A stretch of DNA of 64,000 bases from Obrimoposthia wandeli (GCA_977020255.1 CDROCS010005932.1:1-64000); one strand, 5' to 3'; numbered from the stretch's first letter, positions 36,298 to 49,634 are shown. Notes: generated from the sequence alone by a model not told the origin. Program-made: numbers and translations.

Positions 36298-37750
36298 ATG
36301 ACATCTCGAGTATTGGAGCTGATAGGCATTGGGAACTCTGCAAGGATCCCTAGCAGCCCTAGAGACCAGACGAACCTGAAAAAATTATCGATAGAGGAAT
36401 TAGAAGATGCAAGATGTGCATTAATAAGAGAAGATCAGAAATTAAATTATCCAGATGAATTAAAAGCATTGAATGAAAGACAATCGATTCCACAGAAGAG
36501 TATAATTTCCAGCTTAATCCAATATTAGATGAGGAAGGAGTGATAAGAAGTAATAGCCGAATTATAAATACAAAATTATTACCATCAAGTACGAGATTTC
36601 CTATCATTTTATCACAACATAGTTGGGTCACGTGGCTGATAATAAGATATTATCATAAGAAACGGAAACATATAGCAGGAGTAAATCATTTATTTAGTGA
36701 TCTAAGTAGATAATTCTGGGTAGAAAAAGCAAGAGTGGTCATACAAGAGTATCAAAGAAAATTTTTAGAGTGTAAGCGTCGTGCGGGAAAAGGAGTTATA
36801 ATGAAAATGGCTCACTTAGCACGAATGAGATTTCTAAGTCCATTAAAAGCCTTTGATAAAGTGGGAGTTGACTTCACAGGGCCGTATCTAAGAATGCAAG
36901 GCCGTGGCAAAATTCGACAGAAACGGTACCTTTGTTTGTTCATGTGCCTACAAACTCGAGCAGTGCATCTCGAATTAGCATGGGGTTTGGATACAGATGC
37001 ATTTCTACGAGCATTCAAAAGATTTATGGGAAGGCGGGGAAAACTACAAATCGTGTTGTCAGATAATGGGACAAATTTTAAAGAAGCAGTTGGGATGGTG
37101 AATGAGATAAAATTGGATAATTATTTGCTGCGGGCTGAGATTGAAAGAGAGTATATTCGTTGGATATTTAGTCCACCAGCGACACCTCATTTTGGAGGAG
37201 AATTCGGGAGTTTATCAAGAGCACTAAAAAAGCGATAGGTATTGTACTGCTGAAGGCAGATTTGACTGATGAAGAATTGATGACGGTATTCGTAGAAGTA
37301 GAAGACCTGCTAAACTCATGACCAATAACATTCCAATCAGCAGACAGTAAAGAAGAATTACCGTTAAGGCCAAAAGATTTTATGATGAGTGGACGAGAAG
37401 AACAGTTGGAAAATGAAACTATGTTGACAGGAGAAAGGCTTCAGCATCGATGGTGTAGGATTCAGGAGATTGTAAGTTATATGTGGAAGAGATGGATGAT
37501 TGAGATGGTACCTACTTAGATTAGAAAATCAAAATGGAGGAGTACAGAAAAACCGATACAGGTAGTACAGTTGGTGTGGGTATTAGATGGAAATAACGAG
37601 CAAGGTGTATAGCTGCTTGGATGAATAAAGAGTTTAAGGCGAGATAAAGCAGGAGAGATGCGAAGCTGCATAGTAGTGTTAGGTGGAAAGGAACTTGTAC
37701 AGCCGGTAGCGATGTTGTGTCTGCTAGAAGTAGAAGGAAGAGAAGAATGA
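36298..37750 (+). pseudogene. BEL/Pao RNaseH-connection and integrase remnant
   Basis: VGVDFTGP, KRYLCLFMCLQTRAVHLEL, SDNGTNF, WIFSPPATPHFGG. Confidence 0.9.
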
Positions 37751-37916
37751 AGATACAGGAGAGGTCGGATTTATAGATAAGACTGAGCTAGGTGGTTTTG
37801 GGGACCAGTTCATAAGTCAGACGCTGCTTCGGACAAAGGTTTAAAATGACAGTTGTTAGGTCATCCTTTGTAGAGTTGACAAACCAGGAGATCGGGTTTG
37901 GTCAAGGGGAGTGGTC

Positions 37917-38314
37917 TGTTCTGACGTAGTATTTAAGATTTTTACCAAAAATTTTAGTAATTAAAGAATTTTGTAAATAAATTAAATCAAATTTAAATTA
38001 GATTAAAAATTAGAGATGAAAAGTTAAAAAATAGTCTATTATTAGAATAGTTTTGAATTTGCAGGTTTAAAATTAATTTGTTTTATGATGCCACGTAGGT
38101 AGTTGTTTACAACAAAAAAAGAAGAAAAGGTATGGGATCTCGATTTAGTGTTATGCCTTGAAATGGTCGTGATTTAATTATTATTCTTTCTAGAGTTGCG
38201 TTGTATTCCTTCTAATTGTGCTGTGTAAAGTTTTGTGAAAGAAATTGAAAATATAAAAGAAGGTTTACTTTAGTGATTTGATTTATTTTTAGAGATGACG
38301 CCAACACGTAAACA
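37917..38314 (+). repeat. BEL/Pao 3' LTR (398 bp)
   Basis: TGTT...AACA termini; near-identical to 35042-35410. Confidence 0.9.
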
Positions 38315-41300
38315 TAAAGTATGTTTAACCAGAAAGGATACAGGAACTCGTACTAAAGTTTCACTGAAACCGATGCCAGTTCCTTTGGCACCAATAGAAT
38401 TCACAGTGATGGATATATTAGGACCATTGAGAGAATCAAGTAAAGGTAATAAGTATGTCATAGTATTTACAGACTACACGACGAGATGGGTAGAAGCATA
38501 TCCTATGCAAAACCAGAAGGCTGAAACAATAGCACAAAACCTGGTAGAAGAGATAATATTTCGATACGGAGTACCTAGGAAATTATTAACAGATCAAGGA
38601 CAGAATTACACTGGAGAAGTAATAAAAGCAGTATCAAAGATATTTGGAATCATGAAGTTAAAAACTTCACCATATCACTCACAAACTGACGGTCTAGTAG
38701 AGAGGTTTAATAAAACTCCGATAAGCAAGAGGATTGAGATAACTATTTACCTTCTTGTTTATATGCTTACATAAATTCAGTTCGATCTATTCACCATTCT
38801 ATCTGATGTATCTCAGACATAACAATATGCCAATGGATCTGGAGTGAACCCAACCAACATATCAGTATCTAGAAACTGAAGAATACATTGTCGTCATGAA
38901 AGAAAGATTACAATATGCTTGGATTAAAGCAGGATTGAAATTGAAATTCAATCAGGAAAATTACAAGGAACAATACGACAAGAAAGCAAAAGCACATGAA
39001 TTTAGAGACGGAGATCAAGTGATGATATTCTATCAAGTCATCAAACCAGATCTATCGTTTAAACTTGACAAACCATACAAAGGACCATACAAATTGATAC
39101 AGACCACCTCAACGAACTTGAAAGTAATCAACGAGGAGATCAGGAACAAGGAACCAATGGCTGTACATGCGAACCGATGTAAACTGGTACCGAATAAAGA
39201 TAATGCATCACGATATGAGCTAAGCTCGCAGAAATTGAAGCCGAACACCATTATAATTAAACTTACACGAATGGTAAGTGATCGAAACTACATAAATATG
39301 ATGACCAACAGTAATAGTTCGAAACCAGTGAGAATTGGTATGCTCAGGATGAAGCACCAGGAGGAAAGAGAAGTCATCCGACACATCGCACCACAAGAGA
39401 TATTAGAAGAAGACGAAGAGTTCATAGTCGTTTTCAAAAGAACACAACCAACAGATGTAGCGAAAGAAGTTATTGTGAAAGATGCATTAACAAAAGAATT
39501 CCTGTGCAAACTTAAAGTGTCATATTTCGATGAAAATACATTAGTAGCGGAACTAAATCAAAATTCCAATGTGTTTACAACTGAGAAAGTGATCATAGAA
39601 ATCACCCTGACACCAAACATAGTTGCATGGCAGAACTATGATAGTACTGAAGTAGGATTAGTCAGTCAGGAGGAAAAAGAACCGGCTGGTGGTCATATAC
39701 TTCATGGAACACCGAAAAGACTTCGACAAGAATATCATGATGTGATAATGGTATTACATAATACACATTGGAAAAAAGATATAATAAGAATTCATTTAAT
39801 CGATGCAGATACAGAGAAGATAATATGTAGAATGGTCACCAAATATTTTGATGGAAAGACCATTGTATGTAATATATCGTCAAGCCATCAACTAGAAACA
39901 GATCAAACGGAAGTATCTGTGAGGTTGAGCGTAATAGAAGGATTCTACTTGCCAACCAAGCCGGAAGTAACGAATAATAGAATAATCAAATCAATGACAG
40001 AGTTACGCATTGACAGTGAATACAGAAACTGGGAAGCTAATACTACACCCCAACAAATAAGCATGATCAGACAACGAGCAAACGACTCGATCCAACCGAA
40101 ATGTTATGCCGAATTAGTATCGTCCGCACCCACTATAATTACATCAATAAATTACAAAATAATAATATTACTGAGAAATCAATGGCCCTCGTCAACCGAG
40201 ATACAAGTAAACTTGGTAAATTATGCGAAAACACCGATATCAAAACTAAATATCACCTATTTTGATGGACTGTCCATCATGAGTAAATTGGAAACTCTCG
40301 TTAAGTTTCTATTGAGCACAATTCCAAGTTGAGATACTTAAAAATAGTGTAATTTCTTATAATTTCCTATCCAATTTCTAGAGACTTTGGACCGTTCAAT
40401 CAATTTATTTTACCCCCACCATTGATTTCAGTTAAAACATACATGCCAGAACACCCTTCGAGCGAGTCTACCCAAAGCAGCGAACCAGAAAGCAGCGATT
40501 TGGAGCCAGAAGAATCTGAAGACGACAGAATAGATCGATTCGAAAGAACTATGGAGATTGAATTTGCTAAAGTAAACAAGAAAAGACGAAACATAGTTTT
40601 CGTGAAGAAGAATATACAAGGACGGCGAATCGAATCTGAAGAGGAAACCGAGTCAGAAGAGAAAAAAATGAAGGAACAAACACTTGAGACAAAGAAGAGT
40701 TTTACACCAGCAATACGAATGCTGAGAGGAAAGAAACTGGCGAAACTAGTCATCACAGATGAACAAATAAAGAAACGGTTAGAAAGACTAAACCTTGATG
40801 AGTCGGAAATTACACCAGAGATGAGCGAGATAATTCAAGATATGTTATACCTCGGAAATGTGGAAGACGCAACAGACGAAAACAAACTGTTAGAAAAAAG
40901 AATAACATATGTGATCAATGTTACAATGAATCACAAATCTCAGTACAAAACAATCAGAGCTATAACATTAAGAGTAAAATACTCAATGTAGGCTAATCTT
41001 TTCGGAGGGTTCGGAGAAACAAACGAGATAATTTACAACGAACTACTAAACAAAAGAAAAGTACTGGTACATTGCCTGAAAGGGATCTCTAGGTCAATAA
41101 TCCTGGTATTATCATATCTAATAAAGAGTAGAAGAATGCAAGTACTAGAAGCGTTGACATATCTACAAGAAAGACGAAGTATCGTAAACCCAAACATAAT
41201 TTTTTGGGGACAAATGGCAAATTACTAACTCATGTTACAAGAACAAAGACGGATGTATGACATTCCCGAATATCCAAAGGAAAAGAATTTCATTCAGTGA

Positions 41301-44300
41301 TTATCGTTGACCGGATTATTCCTAGCAGGAGTCAACAAAATCACCCAGATAATGCCTAAAGTATTTCTATGTCACCCTGGAGATATAGACACTGCTGAAT
41401 TAATGTTCCACTGTATAAACCGAGTAATTAAAATCGTTGAAATTGTAATTGAGATAATCAGTATACATGCTTCAAACCAAGAGGTAACTGATGTACAAGA
41501 ACACCTGGCGAAGTTGACTCAAACCATCCAAAACGAGGTCACAAAAGGAAACGGTGTTCTGATATATCAGAAAAAGGCACAATGTTAGCACCGACCATAG
41601 GTGTAGCATTGTTGGTAGAGTACCATGATCACACACCAGAGGAAGCGATGGTCTACATCAAGCAGAATAGATCAGACACGGAATTCAAACCGTTACTCGT
41701 TCGAGAAATAGAGAAATATTCCGAAAAAAGGAAGAAACAACCAGAAGCGAGTGCGAATGTAGCAACAGTACCGAGAGCTCAGTATCGAAAATTACTAGCA
41801 CTAAGCTTGTTAAGTTACCTTATGCCAACAACGGGATCACAGGAGATAGGCTCCAACCGTGGAAAGAGTTCCTGGTTTAAAGGAATAAACAACTACATCA
41901 TGCAGTATAATACACCGACACTGATGATATTACTAGTGTTGATAGGACTGATCGATGTTTGGCTAATTAGGAAATTGTTTCAAGTCATAAGAAACGACAC
42001 ATAAAGATTCCAGTTTGTAAAAATGAAGAGACCAAATGGACCAACGGCGGAAGTACTTGTTTATCTAGACGGAAGGATAGAGGATAACATAGTATATGAA
42101 GCGATATATTATCCGCAAAACATACGACTGAATCAATTCCGAATGGACTACGAAGCTGACTGACAGCGCACACTCGATATGATACCAGAAACGTTCGCAG
42201 AATGTGGGCGAGGTAAAAGAATTGCGAAGGAAATACAAAAAGAATTGGATACAAAAAGTACAACTTGTATATTCGACGGCGATGTCATCAAAACACTTGA
42301 GTATAGAAGTAAAATAGTGATAATCGAAAACAAGGAAGGACGTAAAACATACTTGTACGCTAAAAATGAATTCGGAGAGCTAGTGATACAAGGCAAACAA
42401 GTACAGTTGATTATCGGAAAAACCGAAATCGAAGAAATGTCAAAACAACGACAGATAACCAAGACAAAACGATACAACCGGAAACAAATTTGTTTGAAAC
42501 AAATAATAATCAAAACTGTTTGCAAAGTGACAATCAAGACCATGTGTACTGTTGCACAAGGAATGGTTTACGGATAAGTAATGGGATTAATGCTACAAGC
42601 CATTCCTACCAATAAAGCTGAACTGATGACACGAGCTGAATACAATTTACATTTAAGAAATCTTGGAAATAATCAAGACATCTCACAGTAAAGCAGTGAT
42701 GATAATGTGTGTGAAAGGCTGTCCAGAGCAAGTATGTATAATACCAGCAACATAAACGAAAACACTGGATGGATATTATGGCGTTAGTGTTATCACATGT
42801 GAAGGATACACATCTGAACAAACTAAAATCGTATTTCTAAGGGACATATAAAACAAAAGTTCACATAAATTTAAAATATTAACCATCAAGAGTAAAGGGA
42901 TAGAAATAATACATTATGGCATACCAGAATTAGCCAATCCAATTGTGTCACTCATTAACGGATTCATAATATTAATATTACTCATCTTGATGTGCTGTAC
43001 AAAGATCGAGCTGAAATCAAAGAAGAAAAGTCATGATTTTTCAAGACGAGTAGATCAAATGAATTTACAAAAATTTGACACAACTTGCTAAGGCCAGCAT
43101 TCATAAACGAACCAGCACCGGAGTATCAGCCAACGATATATGAACGTATCAAGGAAAGGCCATACTTTATTAGTAGTCTGATGTATCCGAGAGACGTTAC
43201 TGAGATCCGGAAACGGACAATAATAGGAATCATGCTGGTCATACAAGTCACATCAACTGAGGCTGGTTACGAGATCATTGTCAGTAAATGGAGACAAGAT
43301 ACGATACGAGCGCTATACATAGAAATACCTTTACTAAAAAGAAATCACATAGTGGACATTTAACTACAAACATCCGCAATGAAAATGTCGACCAGAAGTT
43401 GTACATTATTCGCGATATTAAAATAAAGATTGAAAAACATTCACTTTACTACCGAATAATCCTATTTTATTACGAGAATATGTTATACATACGAATAACT
43501 ATATCTAAAAGGAAACGGGTTATTAAAGTCATCCGAACAAAAGCAGTAATATTACCAAACGACGAACGCATCTGGAAAGTTATATAAGATTATAGTGACA
43601 GGTAAACGACGTAAAACTGTATGGAATTCCACTACCCTTTTTTCAGTTTGCTGGAGACTGACAAAGTAACAGTGGCGTGTCCCTATTTAGTCAATGGAAT
43701 CAAATTTGCAATACAACCCCAAATTTTAATATCACATTATGATGTAGAGTGCACATGTAACCGAATCCCCGGTGATACTAGAGAAAGATCTATCGTAATT
43801 ATCGCAATAATGAATCAAGTATACTATGTAACTCTGAAGTACCGAACAAGTCGATTCAATGGAATAGATACGAGAACCAGACTCAGGAAACCCCATCCCG
43901 GAAAACCAAACACGATCATAAAAAAGGCAAAAGCGGAAGGAAGAAAGCAAAGCACGATCATCGAGAGAAAAAGAGTGAAGGGAACGATTCCACTGAATCT
44001 CAAATCTCGAATAATAATAAAACTCAGACAAGAACCCTAAAGTCAAAAACCTCGAATGATCAAAAAATCGAAAATAATGTTCAGAAATCGAACAGAACCG
44101 CTCGAAACACCATTCAAACTGACAAACATCAAAGAAAGGTATGATTATCAATCCACAAACAGTGGAATGACACCAGTCAATGCTCTAATAGTAATGGCCA
44201 TAGTCTCTACTGCAGTATTTCTACTGATAGTCATGTGCGTAAAAGGTAGTCTTGTATGCCCAAAGGTACGATGACGATGCAAAGAACTACGATGCTGTAA

Positions 44301-45127
44301 CCCACCCATGATGGAGGAAGTGGAAATGCAACCCTTTCCTCCGCCTTCCATAAAGACGTGACATGTCAAAGGAGATTGTAGATAAATAAGTGTGTAAAAA
44401 GATGTAGAAAGTGAGTGTAAAGAAACGTGTAAAATTCTGTAGAAATCATGTAGAAATTAATTGTCATCACGTATTTAGAATGTCTGAGGAAGGCCCAATA
44501 TGTTTAGAAGATATACCAGAACGAAGAGCACAACTCAATACCTGCAACCACCTATATCACGAGGAATGTTTATCAAAATGGAACATAACTTATAGAGAGT
44601 TACCCCATCCAACATATCCTGCTCTGTACGAAATACATCATAATAGAACCCAACCAAGACGACGTAGATGTACAGGTGGAATTTTGTTGGAGAAACCTGA
44701 GAGAGTGTTGGTGTATTTTCTGTATAGCAGAACGACAGGACCCGACCACTTTTGTGTAAACATCACACAACAACCAACTTTCAATGGAGTCCAAATTCAA
44801 CACCACCCCTCTCACAGCAATGCCTGGAGAATGTTCCGTCTGCTACGAGGAAATCTAGGACTGTTACACCAAACCCAACAACTGTGGCCACGAATTTCAT
44901 ATTCAATGCCTCGAAACCTGGATCCACATCGTCAACAGCACCACACCCCTCGACTACCCAACCTGTCCGATGTGTAGGACATCCTTCTAGGTGTATCACA
45001 TCTACAACAGAGATTGCCTCCAGACAGTGGTACCCATCGTACACTGCTGGAAAGACATTTGCGACTGCTGGTGTATTTTTTGCGTGGAGGAGCGATGGAC
45101 AAACCAGCCCAGCAGCCAACAATAACC
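38315..45127 (+). mobile_element. Giant Gypsy copy B, 3' fragment (integrase to RING2)
   Basis: Colinear with 7590-14650 of copy A. Includes IN + repeat ORF 38896-40332, DUSP ~40821-41229, pseudo-DUSP, membrane region to TGA 44361, and RING pseudogenes 44480-44759 and 44820-45125. Confidence 0.92.
38896..40332 (+). CDS. Integrase C-terminus fused in frame to the triple repeat domain (copy B)
   Basis: 478-aa ORF: KPYKGPYKL...VHANRCK...VSDRNY...RHIAPQEIL.... Confidence 0.8.
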   Translation: MKERLQYAWIKAGLKLKFNQENYKEQYDKKAKAHEFRDGDQVMIFYQVIKPDLSFKLDKPYKGPYKLIQTTSTNLKVINEEIRNKEPMAVHANRCKLVPNKDNASRYELSSQKLKPNTIIIKLTRMVSDRNYINMMTNSNSSKPVRIGMLRMKHQEEREVIRHIAPQEILEEDEEFIVVFKRTQPTDVAKEVIVKDALTKEFLCKLKVSYFDENTLVAELNQNSNVFTTEKVIIEITLTPNIVAWQNYDSTEVGLVSQEEKEPAGGHILHGTPKRLRQEYHDVIMVLHNTHWKKDIIRIHLIDADTEKIICRMVTKYFDGKTIVCNISSSHQLETDQTEVSVRLSVIEGFYLPTKPEVTNNRIIKSMTELRIDSEYRNWEANTTPQQISMIRQRANDSIQPKCYAELVSSAPTIITSINYKIIILLRNQWPSSTEIQVNLVNYAKTPISKLNITYFDGLSIMSKLETLVKFLLSTIPS

Positions 45128-45158
45128 TCAATATTGGTAGCTGCATCAAATTCAATGT

Positions 45159-45391
45159 AGTAGGTGGATGTGTCCGGTCTAATGATGTGTCCCAGGAGGG
45201 TGGCTAACCCTGTTCTTTAAAACCGTGCATGTGTGTGGAGTCAAATTTCGTGCATGTGTGTGGATGCCTCATCCCCCCTTTGTTTTTTCAATTCTTCAAA
45301 ATTTCACTTCACACACATGTACGGTTATAAAGGACAGTGGTAGCCCCCCCCCGGGGGGAGGGGTGGATTGGACCGGACATATCCACCTACT
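45159..45391. repeat. Long imperfect inverted repeat (fold-back hairpin, about 230 bp)
   Basis: agtaggtggatgtgtccggtctaat pairs with attggaccggacatatccacctact (23/25). Inner arms of about 55 bp also pair. Contains a C8-G6 run. Confidence 0.85.
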
Positions 45392-45559
45392 CGCCAGATT
45401 GGTGGTCATTCAATCTTTGTCCTCGCTCATTTCTTCCTGATCGATTTCACTTGTCATCTGCATCCGAATATCGACATCGCTGGCTATCGTATATATCATT
45501 ATTTCGAAGGTCATCTCTCCTCGACATTGCCGCTTCTCTTGTAAGGTTAAATCCTCATT

Positions 45560-47390
45560 TGTAGTCGTTCTTCTTTAATCCGCCGGAAACTTGTCGTTTT
45601 TGTTGTCAAGAAGCGAAGGTCGCACATCTTTCTGAGGCCAAGGCCACGATCCTTGCGCTTAGATCCACGCTGTCCCCATCATCAACCAGCACTGCAAAGC
45701 ATCCCTTCGTCAAACATTGTATATGGGCCTCCGCCAATGTCGACTGATGTGGTTTCTCAGATCGTGCCTTCTCTTGTTTCACAGCATGAAAGGCCTGCCA
45801 GCCACTGGAATCGTTAAAATTCTCCACATATGAATCGTCAAAGAGTGAGTTAAACGTTTCATTGAATTCATTGTAATCACTTGTAGAATTTTGTTAAATC
45901 TCTGATTAAGTTTTTCTTTGAACATTTTTTTCATATTTCTTAGTTTCAGTCGAAGGTTTTGCATCTTGATTGTTAAAGATTGCTTCACTGGAGAGCTGGC
46001 CTTCCACCAATTCTGCATCATCTTTCTCCTCGTTATCCTCTACTTTGTCATCATCGTCTCCATTACTTTGATTTACGATTCCGCTGTATTTATTCGGGCA
46101 GTTTAAAATTGTTTTAAATCATTTAGTAGAGACCGCTAATTTCTCATTGTCTTGTGGGTTATAGCACTTTCGTTTGGGATCCAAATTATTCCGTTTTCCA
46201 GCGATAAATATCGGAACTGGCTACATCTGACTAATAAATATCCAACAATACAGCTTCAGTATTAGGGTGCACATGTCATTATTCAGATTAGTGGAACAGT
46301 GTACTTTATCTAACTCGTAAATGGGGAAACTGTTACTGAATATGAAGTGGTAACCATTGTCAAATTGTATGGTGTCCACTTGAGCATTACAATGTGTCTT
46401 GATTTCCAGAGTTAATTGACTTTTAAGAGCGAGGATCCACTTTTGAAGTACGCACTGAACGTCTTTCATCACTTATTGTATTACGCTATAGAGAACAAAC
46501 TTAGAACACTTTCTTTCCTGTTCTACAACTGTTTGGATGAAGGTCCTAACATTCCACAATTGAGCAGCGGTTTTTGCCGCCCCTGACGAACATTGTGGTG
46601 CTCATAATATCGCCTGGTAGAGCTTTCTCGATGAGCTGAAAGAAGCGACGTCTTATTTCACTGTCCTGGATTTCAAAGATCAACGATGTAAACAACTGTT
46701 TGCGTTTGTTTAGAAATAGCCTTTCTTTCAAGGTCTGCAATTTGACAAAATTGCCCCTCTCCTGCAGATTATCGGAAAATCTATTCAGAAAAAGGCACGT
46801 ACTGATGTGGGCTTAATTCACAGCTCCAATTCAGTGCTTCAACAGCATTATTTCACGCTGAGCAGACATAAACAACCCGTAGTCTTTGTAGACACGACCT
46901 AACAATGAATACAATGATCCAACTTCAGCTGTAACTTCACCGAATTTCTTTTGATAATTTATTAAGCTTTGATTACACCACAACATAGCTACAGTGTGTC
47001 GACTTTCTCCCATAAATTACAATACGAAATTAAATAAAGCATTCAAATTTTGAGAAACATCTTCTTCTGGTTCACGCTCTGCTAACATGTTTAAATCTTC
47101 TGAATTATTCAACATCAAAAGAACATAATCCATAATAATCGTAACTTTAGACAGAAGACAGGGAGTAAAATAAAATATATAATCATGAGAAACTTTATTC
47201 TTTATAATATACTTCAATCGTTCCATCAATATAATATTTATTTTCAATCGATACATTAAAATTGTTTTCATAACAACATTGTTCTTTTTGATAAGCTAAA
47301 ACAACGACTTTCAAAAAAAACATAGCATTTAGGATCAAAAAATTTCCTTTTTTATGTAGAATGGCGGTTTTACTTCTGTTGAGGTCCAAT
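45560..47390 (-). pseudogene. Decayed ORF with SF3-helicase-like motifs (Rep/NS1-like)
   Basis: Fragments share a frame with one shift. SSGAAKT (degenerate Walker A), FVLYSVIQ* (Walker B-like), LKSQLTLEIK...YHFIFSNSFP (motif B'/C-like), acidic C-terminus; TATAAATA upstream at ~47420. Confidence 0.4.
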
Positions 47391-47448
47391 TATTAATAAA
47401 AATAATTAAATAATTGGCTATATTTATAAGTCCTGGCCAAGGATATTT

Positions 47449-48052
47449 TGTAACCCTAAAAGATTAAATTAAATTAAATTATGTAAAAGGAACAATTTAA
47501 GGAATTTGGAAATTCCAGGAATTGTAAATTAATTGACCTCATGTGACCACTGATTCAACAGCATAAATAATCACATGACACACCACAACTCGCCCAAACT
47601 ACGCAGAAGCCAGAAGTGGATTTAGTCGTACTAGGAAGTACCACACACAAATTGGATTTTCCAAATTTGTTAGCCAATCATTGGACAATGGGAATTCTAT
47701 AAAAGAAGAAGGAATAGTCAAATTGAGCAAAATACTGAAACACGACAGAAAATAGTAATTTCCCACGAGATGAGAAAATCCAGAAGAAGGAAAACTCACA
47801 ACCGACAGTGATCAACAGGATTAAGCCAGAAGCCGGAACAGACCGACGAGAGGAGGACACAAGTAACGAGATATGGAACTGACGAGGACCAAATTATAAA
47901 CGGCGAGTAAAATTGTGTTTTTATACTAAATTTAAAATAAATTTTATAATCATATTCATTTAGTTGTCCTGAAACCAAACTATTTACTTGAGTAGAATTA
48001 AAATTCAGGGTAAACTTCCTAAGCCTGAAACAGGCCCAAACCTTTTATAATA
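47449..48052 (-). repeat. LTR of another Gypsy-like element with adjacent PPT
   Basis: Minus strand: ttttaagggggg purine tract (48059-48070), then tattataaaagg...ggttaca; internal TATAAAAA and a pyrimidine-rich leader. Confidence 0.45.
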
Positions 48053-49408
48053 TAATTTCCCCCCTTAAAATAAGCCTGAACACAGCCATTATTAAGTTTG
48101 ATTACTCGCCTGATCTGGACGACATCGGGTAACTGACTGTCGCTATTCTGTTTTTCAGGGCATAATTCATGGATAAGAACTTTCTTATCCTCTATCCGCT
48201 ACCCTGACGAACCCGACAGTGCGAAACCTGTCAGAAGTTAAAATGCTAATAATTCAAACTGATAACTCTTCAAAAACCAGTTAGCTTTAAAATTCAGCCG
48301 AAATGCTAAAGTGCTTTTTATTCAAAAATTAATTAGTGGATTTTCACTAATTAATTTTACATTTAATGGGGTATCCAGATTCTTAACACAAGCATTTCTT
48401 GCAAGCCTGAGATTGAATCACATGTTTCTGTCATCGTTGCTCTCTAGTAATTCTCAGTCCACTTAAGGCAACTACATCACCAGTTTCCTTTGCCTCCAGA
48501 GACACCATAATATCAAAAAAATCATGAGATCTCAACAGTGGATTGTGTAGATGCCACCAAACTAGGAGGCCGTGCGTTCTCTAGCGCCAAGCCCAACTGA
48601 ACCATCGCGGCATCCAGCAGGTGTCCCAATGCACTCACAGGGCCAGCCACCTGCGATCTTTTGTCAAAAAACTATTCATAAAACCTACATACAATTAGAA
48701 GATAATTTTTTATGATGATCTTTCGTTTTATAGTTTTACCACTTAAAACTAAAATTTTGTTACTAAATTAAAAAGTGCTAAAAAGTATTCAAACAAAAGT
48801 AATTTATTTAATAAGTTTAAATTTTCGCAAGTTTTACAGATTTTAGCAAATAGGTGTTAAAAAAATTTATAAATTTGGATCTTTATTTAAAATTGATTAT
48901 TTTAATATTCAGATGACCCCATTTAGGATTATTTTCTTGTTAATCTTTCTATTACCTCAATCACACTAGTAAAAATTTGCTAATATTCTTTTGTTTGTTT
49001 TGTGAACTCAACTATGTGTAACAATAAATTTCAAAAGCAACAAAATAATAAAATCCAAATATTATATTAATTTTACAGTGTCTAATGAAATGCACTTAGT
49101 ATAATTAAGATAAAAATGCATATTGGATAAGTGCTTTTCTGATAGTCAAAGTCCACTTACATGTGTCTAAAAGAGTATTTATGAGGTCAAATAAAATTTT
49201 ATGAACGTTAATCTAAATATAATGCGGGTTATATAGTTTACCTTTTCATATATGTTTAAAATAAAATAATTTATATTTTAAAAATGAAGCAATAAATTTA
49301 TTTTCCAAATTATTTTCCATTTCATTTTGCAACAAAAAACGTAATAATATTGAATTTTTAATGTACATTTTACACAGTATATATTGATATCGGGCATATA
49401 TTTTTGGA

Positions 49409-49594
49409 ATGGTAACTAACATTGTAATAACTGGTTCATCAGGAGTTTTAGGAAGAGCCATTTATAATAAACTTATTGATAACACTTTCTTGAAAATATA
49501 TGGATTAGTTTACAGTAGGACAGAAAATCCTAACAAAATTAAATGTGATTTAACTGATTCTAATAATCTGGAGAGTACTTTTAATTCATTGAAG
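49409..49594 (+). CDS. MAT2B: Methionine adenosyltransferase 2 beta subunit (RmlD-like SDR), exon 1
   Basis: IVITGSSGVLGRAI Rossmann motif; donor gtatga at 49595. Confidence 0.9.
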
Positions 49595-49634
49595 GTATGA
49601 TTAAGTTTATTGTTTCATTGTTACAATATGGCAG

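Larger units (their letters stand above)
35042..38314 (+). mobile_element. Internally deleted BEL/Pao LTR element nested in copy B
   Basis: Direct repeats 35042-35410 (5'-truncated) and 37917-38314 (TGTT...AACA), PBS at 35411, purine tract aaggggagtgg before 37917, integrase remnant inside. Confidence 0.9.

Noticed and set aside
44411-45564. ORFs 44411-44977, 44752-45207 and 45337-45564
   Set aside because: Alternative frames over the RING pseudogenes and hairpin, with no independent coding signal.
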